Assembly: GCF_018977255.1 (NCBI RefSeq)
Contig: NW_024704743.1
Coordinates: forward strand, 113,586,001 to 113,650,000
DNA: 64,000 bases
Direction: 5' to 3'
Source: Callorhinchus milii
Taxonomy: Eukaryota
Made by a program: the position numbers and the translations under genes. Within the stretch, counting starts at the first letter, position 1, and the number at the start of each line of letters is the position of its first letter. Below, piece by piece: positions 37,756-50,900 of the stretch. The notes beneath the pieces are model-generated. The model searched no databases and was not told the DNA's origin. It was given only the letters and a program-made list of their open reading frames with translations.

Positions 37756-38679
37756 TAATTCAGATCACCAGCTCCACAGAATGAACGTAAGAATATAAGA
37801 ATTTGCAAGGTGAAAGAAGACAAAGGTCTATCTGGTTCACCTTCCACTATCCTGGCAGTCGCTTGAAATGTCGGGTCCCAAACCATATACTGTATCCCAA
37901 GATATTATTTTCTAGCAGAAATTTATCTAATTTGTTCTACTTCCACTGTCTCCCTAGAATTCAACAGACAACAATTCTGATTTTGCAAGAAATATATTGC
38001 TCCAGACAATATGTAAACAGAATGCCGTATTTACAGTTGGACATTATATATTTGTATATTTTCAATTTGACGTTGTTGTTGTTGATTATTAATAGGGCCA
38101 GAATTTAGTAGCTTCTGCATTGACGTTTTGTCATTGTGTAAAGTGATAATGCATATGTGAGAAAGAGCTCAGTATTTATAATCATTTAACTATTGCTATA
38201 CCACATGTTATTTATTGTTATCAATTGTGACTTTCTAAAAATAGTAATCTTTGCATTTTTCATAAAGCCTTTCAGGTCAGGAGGACATCTCAAAGCGCTT
38301 CATAGAATTTATATTAAAGTATATTGTACTGATTGTATTTTGCAGGCAAACATCTATAAAGCTATATTGTCTACAGCTGTGTTGCAGCCAAAATATATTA
38401 AAAATGAAACACAATTTATCATTGAATGGGCAGTAGATGATGATGACTGCAATTGTGTGTGGGGAGAAGGAAACATTGTAAAGAAAATCTGTAGTTCTTA
38501 AAAGAACTTACAGAAAACTAAGTTCAAAATTCAGGTTTTATTTATGCCAAATTCTGGATGCTCTAAAAGGCTACATAAATGGAATAAATCTAGAGCCAAG
38601 TGGAATTTCTCCCCAGCTATTTGCTTTATTTTGTCCTCTTAGTTACCCAACCTCTGTTGGTTTCTCTCAACCCTCTTAA

Positions 38680-39760
38680 TTCATCCGCAAACATGGGGTT
38701 AACTTCCACATGTATGCGGATGACACCCAACTCTACCTTTCCTCCTCTACTCTCAACTCCACGACCACCGATGTCCTGACAGCCTGCCTGTCCGACATCG
38801 AGTCCTGGACGAGAGACAACTTTCTTCAGCTCAACGTGCGAAAAACCGAGGCCCTCCTGATTGGCTCACGTCAGCGCCTCCGCACCTCAGGCGCTGACAC
38901 CATCAGCATCCAAGGCTGCACTCTCCACCTCTCAAAGCCAGTCAGGAACCTCGGCGTTTTGTTCGACCCTGAGCTGTCCTTTCTCCCTCACATCCGCACC
39001 ACAACTGGCACCGCCTTCCATCACCTCCGGAATATCGCCAGACAATGGCATTACCTCACCCCTCACGCTGCTGAAACCCTGGTTCACGCCTTTGTCACCT
39101 CAAGGCTGGACTATGGGAACTCTCTCCTCGCCGGCCTTCCCGCCACCTCCCTCCACAAGCTGCAGGTCATTCAGAACTCTGCAGCTCGTGTACTGTCCCG
39201 CACCAGGCTTCGGGACCACATCACTCCCACCCTCGCTCGCCTCCACTGGCTCCCCATCCCCCAGAGGATTGATTTCAAGATCCTCATCCTCACCTACAAG
39301 GCCATTCACGGCCTTGCTCCCTCCTACCTCTCCAACCTACTATCCCCCTACCTACCTGCCCGTACCCTCCGTTCCTCTGGCTCCGGTCTGCTCCACGTCC
39401 CCCGCCCCAACCGCCCTACTATCGGTGGTCGGGCCTTCAGCCTCTCAGCCCCGAGGCTCTGGAACTCCATCCCCCAGTGCCTTCGCCTTGCTTCCTCCCT
39501 TTCCTCCTTCAAGGCCGGTCTCAAAACCTTTCTCTTTGACCGTGCCTTCAGCTCCCCTCTCGACTCTCTTCCTCCTCCTCGCTCCCTCCCTTCCCTCCCC
39601 TCACCCTGACCATTTCCCCCTCCTCTCTCCCTCCCTTCCCTCCCCTCACCCTGACCATTTCCCCCCTGCTCGGGTCATGACCCAACTGTGCAGCGCCTTG
39701 GGACGTCCTCCTGACGTGAAAGGCGCTCTATAAATGGAATCTTGTTGTTGTTGTTGTTGT
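38680..39760 (+). mobile_element. Young 5'-truncated L2 LINE with an uninterrupted 299-codon ORF2 C-terminal frame
   Basis: ORF 38710-39609 reads YADDTQLY…SRLDYGN…LHWLPI…APRLWN. The 3' stem-loop and (TTG)n tail are present and CpGs are retained. Confidence 0.97.
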
Positions 39761-42700
39761 TAATTTTGTTTTTACTAATGTTTTTACGTCCACTACTCCC
39801 TTTGTTCTTTGCCCTCTTTACTTGGTTTTAAATTGCAATTTGCCTTTCTCTCCGCATTACTAGTTTAAATCCTACCCACTGCACTATTGAGGAAAATGGT
39901 GACTGCATTGATATATTTCTATGTAAAGAAATTTACAGGCATATTGCACATACTTTTGGGGTTTAATGCTATTAATTTTTCCGGCTTTTGAACTTTTTTG
40001 CCACGAAAAGATTTCAACATACAGTACTTTGAATATGCAGAAAATATTCTAAGGATATCACACTTTTATGAGATTTCATCTTAATCCTTTGAACTCATGT
40101 TTGAATTAGATCAAATGTTGTAAAATGATAGGACAGTCATATGTTTTATACGTTAAGCCCCACTTTCATGCTTTTGAACTGCAAGTACAGCTTTGAAATA
40201 GTTTCCAGGAAATGATAAAAAAAAGTATTATTATTCCCTTGGACTGGAGCACTAAACATGATCAGCTGAAATGTTGGTATGTGTCAGAAAATAGTTTCTT
40301 TAAGTTATTGTTGGGAATGACAGATGTGAGTAGTCACATCAACATTATTGGGCATTATCAGCGTAAAGCAATGACAACAATGGATAAAACAATGTTACCC
40401 ATAAATGTTTCTCAAGGGTACGATAAAGCAATTATTAACTGCAGTTTTTAACCTATGATTTGGAAGTGATTGCCCCCTAGGTTACATAACTGACCCAGAA
40501 TATAAGCTTTAGGTTTGTTTTATAACACACATGGTCACTTTTATAACCCCTGGGTCAGCAGTTTACTGCTATAAATGTCAACTGCAATCAATATTTGTGT
40601 ATTATTAAATACACAATTGGGATTGAAACAATAAAATTAATTGGCTGAAAACTGTCTGTTGGAAAGTACTTTTCACCACTCTGTAACTAATTGATCAGCA
40701 AGCCATATTTCTCAGTGGACATTTAGTCAGAGAGCTTTGTCATAAGAAGTTTTTTCTCTGTCGGCATTACAAAGTGCAAGTCCAAGCTGCAGATATATGG
40801 TGAAAATGTTTCCCGTTCCTAATTAAATTTAGTCTGATAGTGTGATAGACAAAATAAATATAATTGTATGACTAAATTAAACCATTGCCAACTACTTTTG
40901 CCAATGCTGTACGATGGAGAATATAAATTAAATGACTAAATTTAGTCAGGTGAAACACATAAAAAATTCATGCCTTAAAAGTGTCCAGTTTAACCTTTAC
41001 AGTTGCGTACAGCGTTTTTACCCACTATCCTGGAGGTTGTGGCTGACCCTGGGGTATATGGAATAGAACGAAACCCTTCTGATGAGGGATGTCTTTGCTG
41101 CAGAACAGGAATTTTTCCAAAATCTGTGTTCAGGTTCAGCCACAGCCACCCCTCCCTCCCCCCTCACACACACACACACATACACACATTTCAGTTTTGC
41201 AAAGACCAAGATTGTTCTTGCACTATGAGTTGAATTCCAATTCTTCAAGTGGGACTTTTACAGAACACAGAAAAGCGGAAGCTTTCTCTGGGAAGAACTT
41301 GATTTATATAATGATTATTACATTAAATTTCTCGAAGGACTTCACAGTAATCATAGTAAATCCAAATCCCAGAAATTAAACAATCATATGTTGATACCCT
41401 ACACCATAGTCTGTTTGTATAGACTTTTATGAAAAGCAATAATACTTATCATTACATTTACTTAAAGAACATCTTATATATTGTCTAAACACAAAACATA
41501 CTACAAAGCATAATCCATTTTAGCAAAAAATATCATGAGAAGAAAGGTAGATAGCAAACACCCAAGAAATGTGTAATGGGGAGATGGTGAGCGGATGGTG
41601 GGGTGAGTAGCATTGCTTTCTGATCCAGGCTGTTTATTCCATTTTTGTGATATGTTGCAAAGTAAATGATAAATGACAGAAGTGCACTGGAATTTTTAAA
41701 TCATTTCATACAATCTATCTTTCTGGTTATTGTATCCATCTGAGTGGATGGAGAAAGGATAATATGATGCAGGATAGAAATAACATTGGCAAACATTATG
41801 CTTTTTATACAAACCATTAAGGATACTTTTGCTTGAATTCAGAGGTGTTTGAAGTTTCACATGAGCCATTCAAAGAAAGTTTTAAGGCTCATGCAATCAA
41901 TGCAAAATTAATTGGATAGAAGACTAACTTGGAAATAGGAAGTGGAGGATAATGATGAATGAAAAAAAACCTTCCACTTGGAGGTATTGAAATGCTGAAG
42001 TTAGCAAATTAAAATCTGAATTTCCATCTTGCCAAGAAAATGCTGCATCTAATGAAACAAGATATTATAGGCTAGTGTTACATTTGCTTTAGCAGCAAAT
42101 CTCTCTTCACTGATTATTAATATTGTTATTTTCAAGCATCTTGTCATGCCTCGGGTCATATGATGTATTACCGAGCAGATTTGAGTGCTTTGAATCAATG
42201 TAGAGGACAATGCATTATGTGATTTTATTCAGAACCTATATAGTTGCAATGTTTTGCCCCATCAAAATGTTAATACATAAAAATTGCAATTTTTCAGTGT
42301 TAGCCCTAGCAAGGTCAAAATCAGATTGCGAGACCAAAGCCAATCAGGTGGTGTCTTCAAAAGTGGTTTTAACCCCAGTTTAATTAGCACAACAAGGTGA
42401 TACTTGCCATCTGAACACATCTGCCATATTTAAACATTAAATTCAGTGGGAAATGGAACTGCAAACATTCCAATGGGAGGAACTGTGAGCAAAAGACTGC
42501 CAACCTCCCAGAGCTAGATAGTCATGGTTGAGAGTGTTATGGAGTCCAGAATACTGTCTATTTGATGCCACTGGAACATTGCTGAATTTGGCAAAGGAGG
42601 GAGTGACTCCAAGTGACAGACTGGGTCAGTGTCTCCAGTGGCATCAAATTGTTCTGCCTACAGGTAAGACAAACTTTCCCATTTGTTGAAGGAGAGCTTA

Positions 42701-43814
42701 AAGGTAAGGTGGTCAACAGAACATGATGGTATTTACGTCACTGTTATCAAATCCACATTATTGCAAATCTTCCCTGAAATGGGGAATGAGGGAGATGGGG
42801 CACAACATGAGGCACACAAATGTTGTTATATATTTTCATCATATATGTTCACATTTCGTGGATGGATATATCTCTATTAACATGTGCAATGTGCACCACC
42901 AACACAGTCTATATAAATGCAAGTTGTTGCTCTTGTCTATGCTGTTCCAAAGAGCCATGTATGTTCAACTTTGATGTCTCAGGTAAAATGATGCAATTTC
43001 CGACTTAAAAGAATATGATGATCTTTGCATTTCATACAAGATGCCTTTTATGTCAGGGGGGCTCAAAGCACTTCACAGGATTTTTACTTTAATGTATAGT
43101 AACTGTGTATTTTGTAGACAAAACATGGCATCCAATTTGCACTCAGAAATGTCCACAAACAGCAATGAATTTAATTACTTAATTAGTTACTAGACAGCAG
43201 GAGAGAGAGGGGGAAGGTGACCATAAGCACAATCAAAAAGGAAGGATTTTAGGCGGGATTTGAAAGTGAGGTTGGGAAGGGGCAAGGGGGAGGGATTGAG
43301 GTAGAGATTTTGGGGCATAATGGCTGAAGGCACAGCCACCGATGATGGAGCAGAGGGGATGAAGTTTTGAGCCAGAATCTTGTGGGTTCAAGTCCCACAC
43401 TGGAACATGAACTCATAGGATTAAAAATTCTGCAAGGATGCAGAATGGATGATGACAGAATTTTAAGAGTTCAGTCGTACGTGCCTTTTTGATAACATAC
43501 AAAATTTCATAGGATCCCATAGGAAATTTTTCAGATGTAAAAAAAATTGGTAATGCCACTAAAACCCACTTGTTTAACTGTTTACTTAAGCCCCAGCATA
43601 ATATTATTGTGTGAATTATTTCCCTTTTGACTGCGTTAAGCGAAACATACTTTTACTGCTGTTTCATTTGGGACTAACATTCTGGAAGTACATCTTAGAC
43701 GGACCAAATGTGTCAGTTTTGAAAGAACATAAAATGAGGAGCATGTTCCTCTATGTGCAGAACATAAATGTATGTCTCATTTAGGCCAAACCTGCAGGTG
43801 CACTCACCATTACC

Positions 43815-44030
43815 TTTTTTTCTATATCTTATCACAAGTAGTTTGTGGGTTCAAGCACCACATCACGACTTCAAACTCACCCAGTCTACACTAACACTCC
43901 ACAGTGCAATGATGGAGGAGGAGTTATGCATTGTTGGAGGTGGTGTCCTTTGGATGAGACATTCAGGTGGACATTATACAACCCATGGCATTATTTAAAA
44001 AGTGAAGGGAATTTCTCCATGTGACCTCGG
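43815..44030 (+). mobile_element. Old Deu-domain SINE fragment within a cluster of SINE/L2 remnants (~43020-44260)
   Basis: gtgggttcaag, gcattgttggaggtggtgtcctttggatgagac and cccatggcattattt motifs. Confidence 0.7.
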
Positions 44031-45672
44031 CAATAATAGCAATAATGATCCTTAAATTTGAGATAGAGAAGACCTCTGTTTAACGTTTTATTTGAAGGAC
44101 AGCACCTCCGACAATGCAACACCCCCCAGCATTCCAATGCTCTGTCAGATCAGACTATGGGATTACTATGCCTTTCCCATCCTCTCCTCTAACTCCAAAT
44201 GTGAAGAGATGGTGGACTTCCTTGAGTCTAAAATTGAGGTGATCTGCTCTGTTGTCTCTGCTGACAAACCCCAAAATAAAACTGGTACATTCACTTTGTG
44301 AAACGTTACTTGAGTGCACCTTAGTTGCTATGTTTTCTCTGACTTTTCACATTCTGGCTCTCAACTGCTGACTTCTCACTATGTGCAAACTGACTCACTG
44401 CTTCCCATTACCTGTGAGAGAAGGAAACGGAGCGGGCCCCTGAAATAGTGGGCAAGCCCAGGAAAGAGGAGGAGATCAATGGGCCCTTACACCTCCAGTC
44501 ATCCAAAGAACACATAGCAGAGTTTTTAATCTCAATCTCCCGCCCTCCTCCTTAATACCTCTCCTATATCACGATATTGACATGTCTAATTACACCAGCC
44601 TTTCTTTTGCCAAAAAATAATATGCTAGAAGAAATAATCCCCAGCACTGCATTGTGGAAATACTGTATTTGTATGTATTTCTAAATTTCTTCTCAGATAA
44701 TCTTCTGGGATTATGCAGCTATATAGCTGCAATTTCTTCAACACAGTCAGAATAGAAAAAGTTTGAAGAATAAATCCTTTCAAATTATTGTCATTTAAGG
44801 GTAGAATATTTAAATTGTTAAACTTTTGGATTGATCCATAAAAGTTGCTGTTTTAATATTAAGATCAGAGTTCAAATTTCTGATCTAGGTAACTGCTTTG
44901 GACAGTACTGTTTTGGCGGTGAATGGGAAAGAGCAGCATAATCCTCAGCAAGTGTGGAGCTACATAAACTTTAAAATAGCTATTGGAAAGCAAATGCTTC
45001 AGATACTTCATTCTGTTAACTCTTGGGGAAAAATGTAGAGTTAGATTTTTTTTATAGACACTAATTCTATCTTTATGTGGCATGACCTGGTTACTTTGTC
45101 TTCTACAGATTGAATTACCAGGGTAAAATTTGGAAAAATAATTTTGGCTTTCAATTTTTTTTGCATTTGTGTGCTTGCTGAATATATTAAATTGATTTGA
45201 ACAGTGAACATTAAAATAGGTGGATGTTTCTCTGTTAGTGTTAGCTGCTAACTGGACATTAATGAAACAAAACCAATTTCCAGGTTTAATTCCAATACCA
45301 TACAAATATAATTTATATTGTGCCTTTCAAGTTGGGAGGAGTCCCAAGGTGCTTAACAATCCTGGCTTGGCATACAATTCAGAGTTTAATTGTTTTCCTT
45401 CATTGTCGTTTGATTTAAAACGATGACAGAGCTTTACAGTTGTCTCATTTGACAATTAAAATGCAATTCTTAGTAATGTTATTTAATACAAAATACGTTT
45501 TTGTAAAAAATCTTTTCCTTGTAATCTTACTCAATCTACATATTTTTGCATCAACATTTTTGCGCAGGAACACAGCAATCATTAAAAACACAGTAAGCAT
45601 TTTTGTGATATGACTTGGTCGCACTTGATTTTTAATTTTTACGAAAATCCTACTAACAAAAAAACTGCAAGA

Positions 45673-45737
45673 AATAATAATAATAATAATAATAATCCTT
45701 GCATTTGGTATAGCGCTTTTCACGTCGGGAGGACGTG
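45673..45737 (-). mobile_element. SINE 3' tail only
   Basis: (AAT)n followed by ccttgcatttggtatagcgcttttcacgtcgggaggacg. Confidence 0.85.
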
Positions 45738-47399
45738 AATGGTTAAATGTTAAATATTATTATTATATTGTATCGAGTGGTATATAAATATAGTGGACTG
45801 TTGTTCAGATCGTGATGTCATGAAAAGTGCTCTCCTTGACTTGTCATTTCAGTGGCCAAGGCTTGTAAATGTGGTTCCCATATATGGAGGTCACTATCCC
45901 AGAGTTCTTGGCTGCACAGAAGCAAAACGAAGTATTAGGTGTGTGCAACTCGAAGCTCCGGTTGATTTCCACTGTGTTTACTCAACTACTGCAAAGAGGC
46001 GAGTGTCACATTGTACACTGGAAGGAACTGGGCATAGAGTGTGACAATATTTCCACTTTAGATCTCTTTAGAGTATTGATGAGTTGTATAAAAGGTAAGA
46101 AGTAAAGGACTGTTTGGCAGATCTCTATACTAAGTGATTTTCTGCAATTTATATGTGAAATACATATTTTTTAAAAAAAACTATATATCTATATTAGACT
46201 TTATTTTGTTTCATATGTATCTGTAGATGTAGATAAACATGTAAGCAGATTGTATAAGTATTAAGTTTCAAAATTGTTCGTGAGTCATCTTATTTTTCAG
46301 TCTATTCATAGCACTTTAGTATCAACAACGTACAGTAGAAATATTGTGACAGTACAAGTTGCGTTTGCAGTCTGACCTATGGAGGTTTACTGAGAAAAAC
46401 AAAACACATCTTGCACTAAGGTATATATTAATAATGCACATGGAAGTTGTTGTTTCCTTATTTAATGGATTTATTAAATGGGTGAAAGCAAAGAAAATAA
46501 ACAAGGATATTTTATAAAATGTTAAAACTAGTTTTTGAAGCAGAAATCCCATAAAAAAGATAGGTTCAAAATATGTGAATTCACAAGGTGATATATATAT
46601 GTTCAAATATAAGTTGTTAGTGAATAAAATAAACCTTGATGCCATGTGCAATAATTACAAAACTCTTGGGTTTACAGATTAGTTTTTTCCAAAACTATAT
46701 TCTTTTATTGAAACCTATATTATTTATATGAATGGAAGTCAATGCATTGAAAGCTGGCAGTTTTTAAATAAAATGTTTTGTTTTAGTTTAGTTTTAATTA
46801 AATTCATTACTTTTTTTCACTTTTCAAAATTATGATGAAAAATATAATAGATCAAGAAATACGTTTAACAAAAATTATATGGTAATCCTTATTAATTGCT
46901 TAATTGCTGATTGTTTATCAATTTAACACTGCACAAAAATGCTAAATAGGTTTAGCTAACAATTAAAACTTCTTAAAGATAGATTTTACATGAAGCCTTC
47001 TTATTCTATTTTGTGGAAAGCTGGTACAATGAAAATATATTTGTGGCTTTCAAAATGTTAATGTTATGACAGAGGCTGTAGTAAACGCTAGACAAGTCTA
47101 AATTCTTTGCTTAATGTCTCAAGCATAGGTTTTGTTTGTTTTATATGTTTAGTTTTCGTAGATAAGGTATTTTACATGTTATGGAAGCCTCTGAGAATGT
47201 CATTACCAACTGTTGTGCTGCAATGAATACAGCAAATATCTAGGTGTGTGGATTGGTAGTAGCTCTTAGATCAAAGTAGTAGCAGCTAAAGAAATATGTG
47301 CTTGCTGCCTGTTGATGGAGTGCTTGAATTAGGTCAGACACCCAGCTGTTTGTTGAGAAACTGTGGATTTGCTCATTTACATAATGAATTTATTTAAGG

Positions 47400-47982
47400 T
47401 ACGAAAGAGGATTCGGACAGCACACTGCTTATTTCCATTGTGGCATTTAAACCAGTAGGGCTGGATGCAAGAAAAAAACTGTGGTTTGCATTACAAAAAC
47501 AAAAAGCCCTCAGGCTGCTTGGGCAGAACCACAAGATTGAGCAAACAAATAGGACGGATGAAGGTTCTGCCATTTCTTTGTCTATGGATCACTGATATTA
47601 TCTGCTGCAGTTTAATGGGAAAGGTATATTGCTTAGAGCAGTGACTTTGCGACGCATAAGAGAGTTGGTGCTTCAGTTTGCTAGTAGGTGCAGTCTAGTG
47701 TCATATCCGATTCTAAGTCTTCCTGTCAAAGTCCACTGTGGCCTTTTTTCTTTGTGGGAGCTGCTTTCCTCAGACATTCTGCAGTTAGTCGGCAGTGGTG
47801 ATTGGACTGCATTCACATCTCTGTTTCATCCTCCACAAGTCCTGCTATGTTATTTGCCTGAAACAGACAGTTGCTGGTGTTGATCAGGAAAGGATTATAA
47901 TAAGAAATGATGATCAATTGAATGCAAAAAAACGTGAAGAAAATCCAGACAAGTTTCGAGAGGATCTGCATTTTCAAGTGCT
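47400..47982 (+). other. EYA1: Probable proximal non-coding first exon and promoter of EYA1 (start uncertain)
   Basis: Unique sequence with moderately raised GC, ending at the consensus donor GCT|GTGAGT (47983-47988), 5.7 kb before the 50-nt exon. I recall similar spacing for mammalian EYA1 exon 1. Confidence 0.5.
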
Positions 47983-50900
47983 GTGAGTACAAGATTGTAT
48001 CTGTTAAATTGTATGGAAAGGCGCATTGGACCGCCAGTAGTTGTCCGGCTCTCTGAGGCTGAGGCATCAGTCATACATTTACCCTGGGGATTTAGTAAAT
48101 AAGGGCCTAGTTTATAGAAACTCTTAGATGTTGTAGCTTTCATAAAATAATAAAGTTTGAATCATTATACGCAGTGCCACAATAAATTACTATAAATATA
48201 AAGTGGCTATAATTATAAATCTGTACAAATACTGGCTCAATATAACATAGACTTTGAGAATGCCTGCAATTTTTATTGTTCCATAAAATTAAGCTGCAGT
48301 GGAGTTTCTGTTAACATTTGTGAATTTGTTTTAGAAAATGTATTAGGTCATCATATTTTTGGCGGGGGGAATTATTATTTTCACACAGTGACTTTAGATG
48401 GGATGTCTGTTGTTTTTATTTACGATTATTCAACTAATTAAGGGAGTTAAATGTAATGAATAATATGTTTCTTTTGTATATATTCAATTAAATATACAAG
48501 AATATTTAGATAAAATCTATTTAATTTGAATAGTGCATAGTGAATTGCAATCTAAGGATATTTGACGATACTTGTTGAACCAGGAAATCCCTTCTCTTAA
48601 TAAGTTTAAATTTTCCTTGAACCAAGCAAAACATTCTGATCCCCATAGGAGCCTATTTCGGACCAGCAGAGTAAACAGAATCTACAAATTTAAACAGTTG
48701 ACATTTATTGGTAAGCGCTTATGTTAGATGTGTGTTTAAAATGGTTAAAAATAAAACTGATTTACAGAGTTAAGTAGTTTTTTAAAGGTGTATTTATTTG
48801 TGTGTAAATTAGTCTTTTAAGCTGTGTGGTGAAATAATTTTAAAATCTACGTATACTTTATGTGCAACAATTATTTTCATTTATGCAGTTTAAAATCGAA
48901 CAGTTTGCTCAGGATTTTATACTTTTTCTTCAGCTTCTTTGAATTCGGTCATAAATGCCCTTTCTGTTGTTAAATGAAACTCTTTATTTGTTACATTTAC
49001 ATTTGTTGAGTTGAACTGTTATTTGGATGAATTCAGCTTCTGTTGACAAACCATTCAATATCAGTGGTAGCACATTTTCTAAAAGGGAAAACTGTGTTTA
49101 TCACTGTTTCTAGGCTCAAATCTTTGCACAATGAGAGGCACTGAAGCTTTGAATGGGCTAAACTAGATTTTATATAAAAGGGAGGTAAAATACAATTAAA
49201 GCAAATGTTTTTTGGGTTACAAGGGAGAGGTGAAGTATTTTGAAGAAAATAGGCACACTTATTAAGCTAAGAAAATATGTAATCTATATTAAATATACTA
49301 AACAAATTAAAGTAAAAGATATTTAAATACTGTATTTTTATTTTAAAAATACCATTTCATTTATTTGAAAAGAGAGCTTGCCAAGAGCACCAAAATGCAT
49401 GTGAAAATGCAATTTGTTACCCTACTGTTGGTTCATCTGTTTGTGTCTGGCACTTTGAGGTTGTGTGATATCTTTAGTGATGTGAATTAGATACCCTATT
49501 ATTGGGAAAAGGTAACTAGCTAAAAGCATTAGTCCCATAAAATGTGATAATTAGGGGAAAAGTAGCTGTCATCTATGATATGTGCTTCTACTTTGTCTGT
49601 GAGGTGGTCTCCCCAGAACTCCATCAATTTCAGACTTGTGTTAGATTTTGCCTTAGCTAACAGGTATCAGGGATTGTGGGATCCTTATGTTATTGTCACA
49701 GAAAAAATAACTGCTTTAGAGTCGGAGTAAAAAAATTACTGGCAGCTGGATATGAAGAGGTGCTAGCACCCTGTGGTGCCCTGACCGCTGCCAAGGGTTA
49801 GAATTAATTTGCTCCTTCTGTTTAGATTCCTAAACTATTTTGAAACTGATGAAAAATATTTTAAAATCTGTTTGTGTTCAGTTAAAAGTTTATTATCTTG
49901 GTTTTCAGAATTATTAACCTTTATATAATTTTGTAAATTCAAAGACTAAATGGTAAAGTTGATTATTGGTGTGCTGGTGCGCTCGTGTGAATTTCCTGTA
50001 CTTGAACAAGGTGTATTTCAGCAATAATTCAATGGAATTTTAAAAGCCCTATTAATTAAACAAATATAAGGGCAGATTCTGAAAACCTGCTCTGTTTATT
50101 TTTAATCTGAAACATAAGTATTTCAGGTTTGGGTTGCAGCTTACCAAACTGATAATACTCGTTTTTAAAACTTTAAAAGGGGGATCGAAGTCATGGATTT
50201 TCATTTATGTCTGGCTCTGCGGTAGGGAAAATGTGATAAAATGTGTACTTTAAGCCTTGTTTCATCATGTCTCAAAGAGAGTTTCCCTTCTGGAAATAAT
50301 TTCTGAGGTTGAAGAGCACAGCGTTAACAGATTTAATGTAGCAATTCAGTGGAAGGCTAAAGCAGTATGTCAGATTGAACAAAACAAGAGAAACAAATTG
50401 AACATTTATGTACCTGTGGATCTTCACAGCAAATTACTATTTAAAGAGAATTGAACCTTTAATTCAAATAAATGTAACTGCCTAATTAATTGTCAATAAA
50501 ACATTTATATATTGTATATAATCTCTCATTAAGCGCTGACTATTTTTGTAGCAGAGTACAAAATTTTTAGCTAATAATGAATACATTTGGGTTTTTTCTC
50601 TGATAGCATAGGCTTCCAGTTAGAAGGAAAATTTAGTAAAAATCCTAGTGCAAATAGATAGAATTATTTTTATGACATCAGTGTTATCTAGTCGCATTAT
50701 TCTGGCATATGTTTACATTTTGTTCAATATGCAAGTTAAAACATCTAATTTAAAATGAACTTATAAGATTATTTTATTCATATATCTATGTAATATCTTT
50801 TGTATGTAATGAACTTTCTATATGAAACCAAATATCTAAAGTTAATCAGAATAACGATAAAAAGGTAAAAAGCAGAAATAAGCACTTGTGACTGTAAGCA

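Noticed and set aside
38861..39733. 290-aa Ser/Pro-rich ORF overlapping the L2 ORF
   Set aside because: It is a shadow frame of C-rich L2 sequence with no independent protein features.
48640..48716. Possible extra exon ending at TTG|GTAAGC (48711)
   Set aside because: A donor-like hexamer alone, with no supporting acceptor, promoter or homology.
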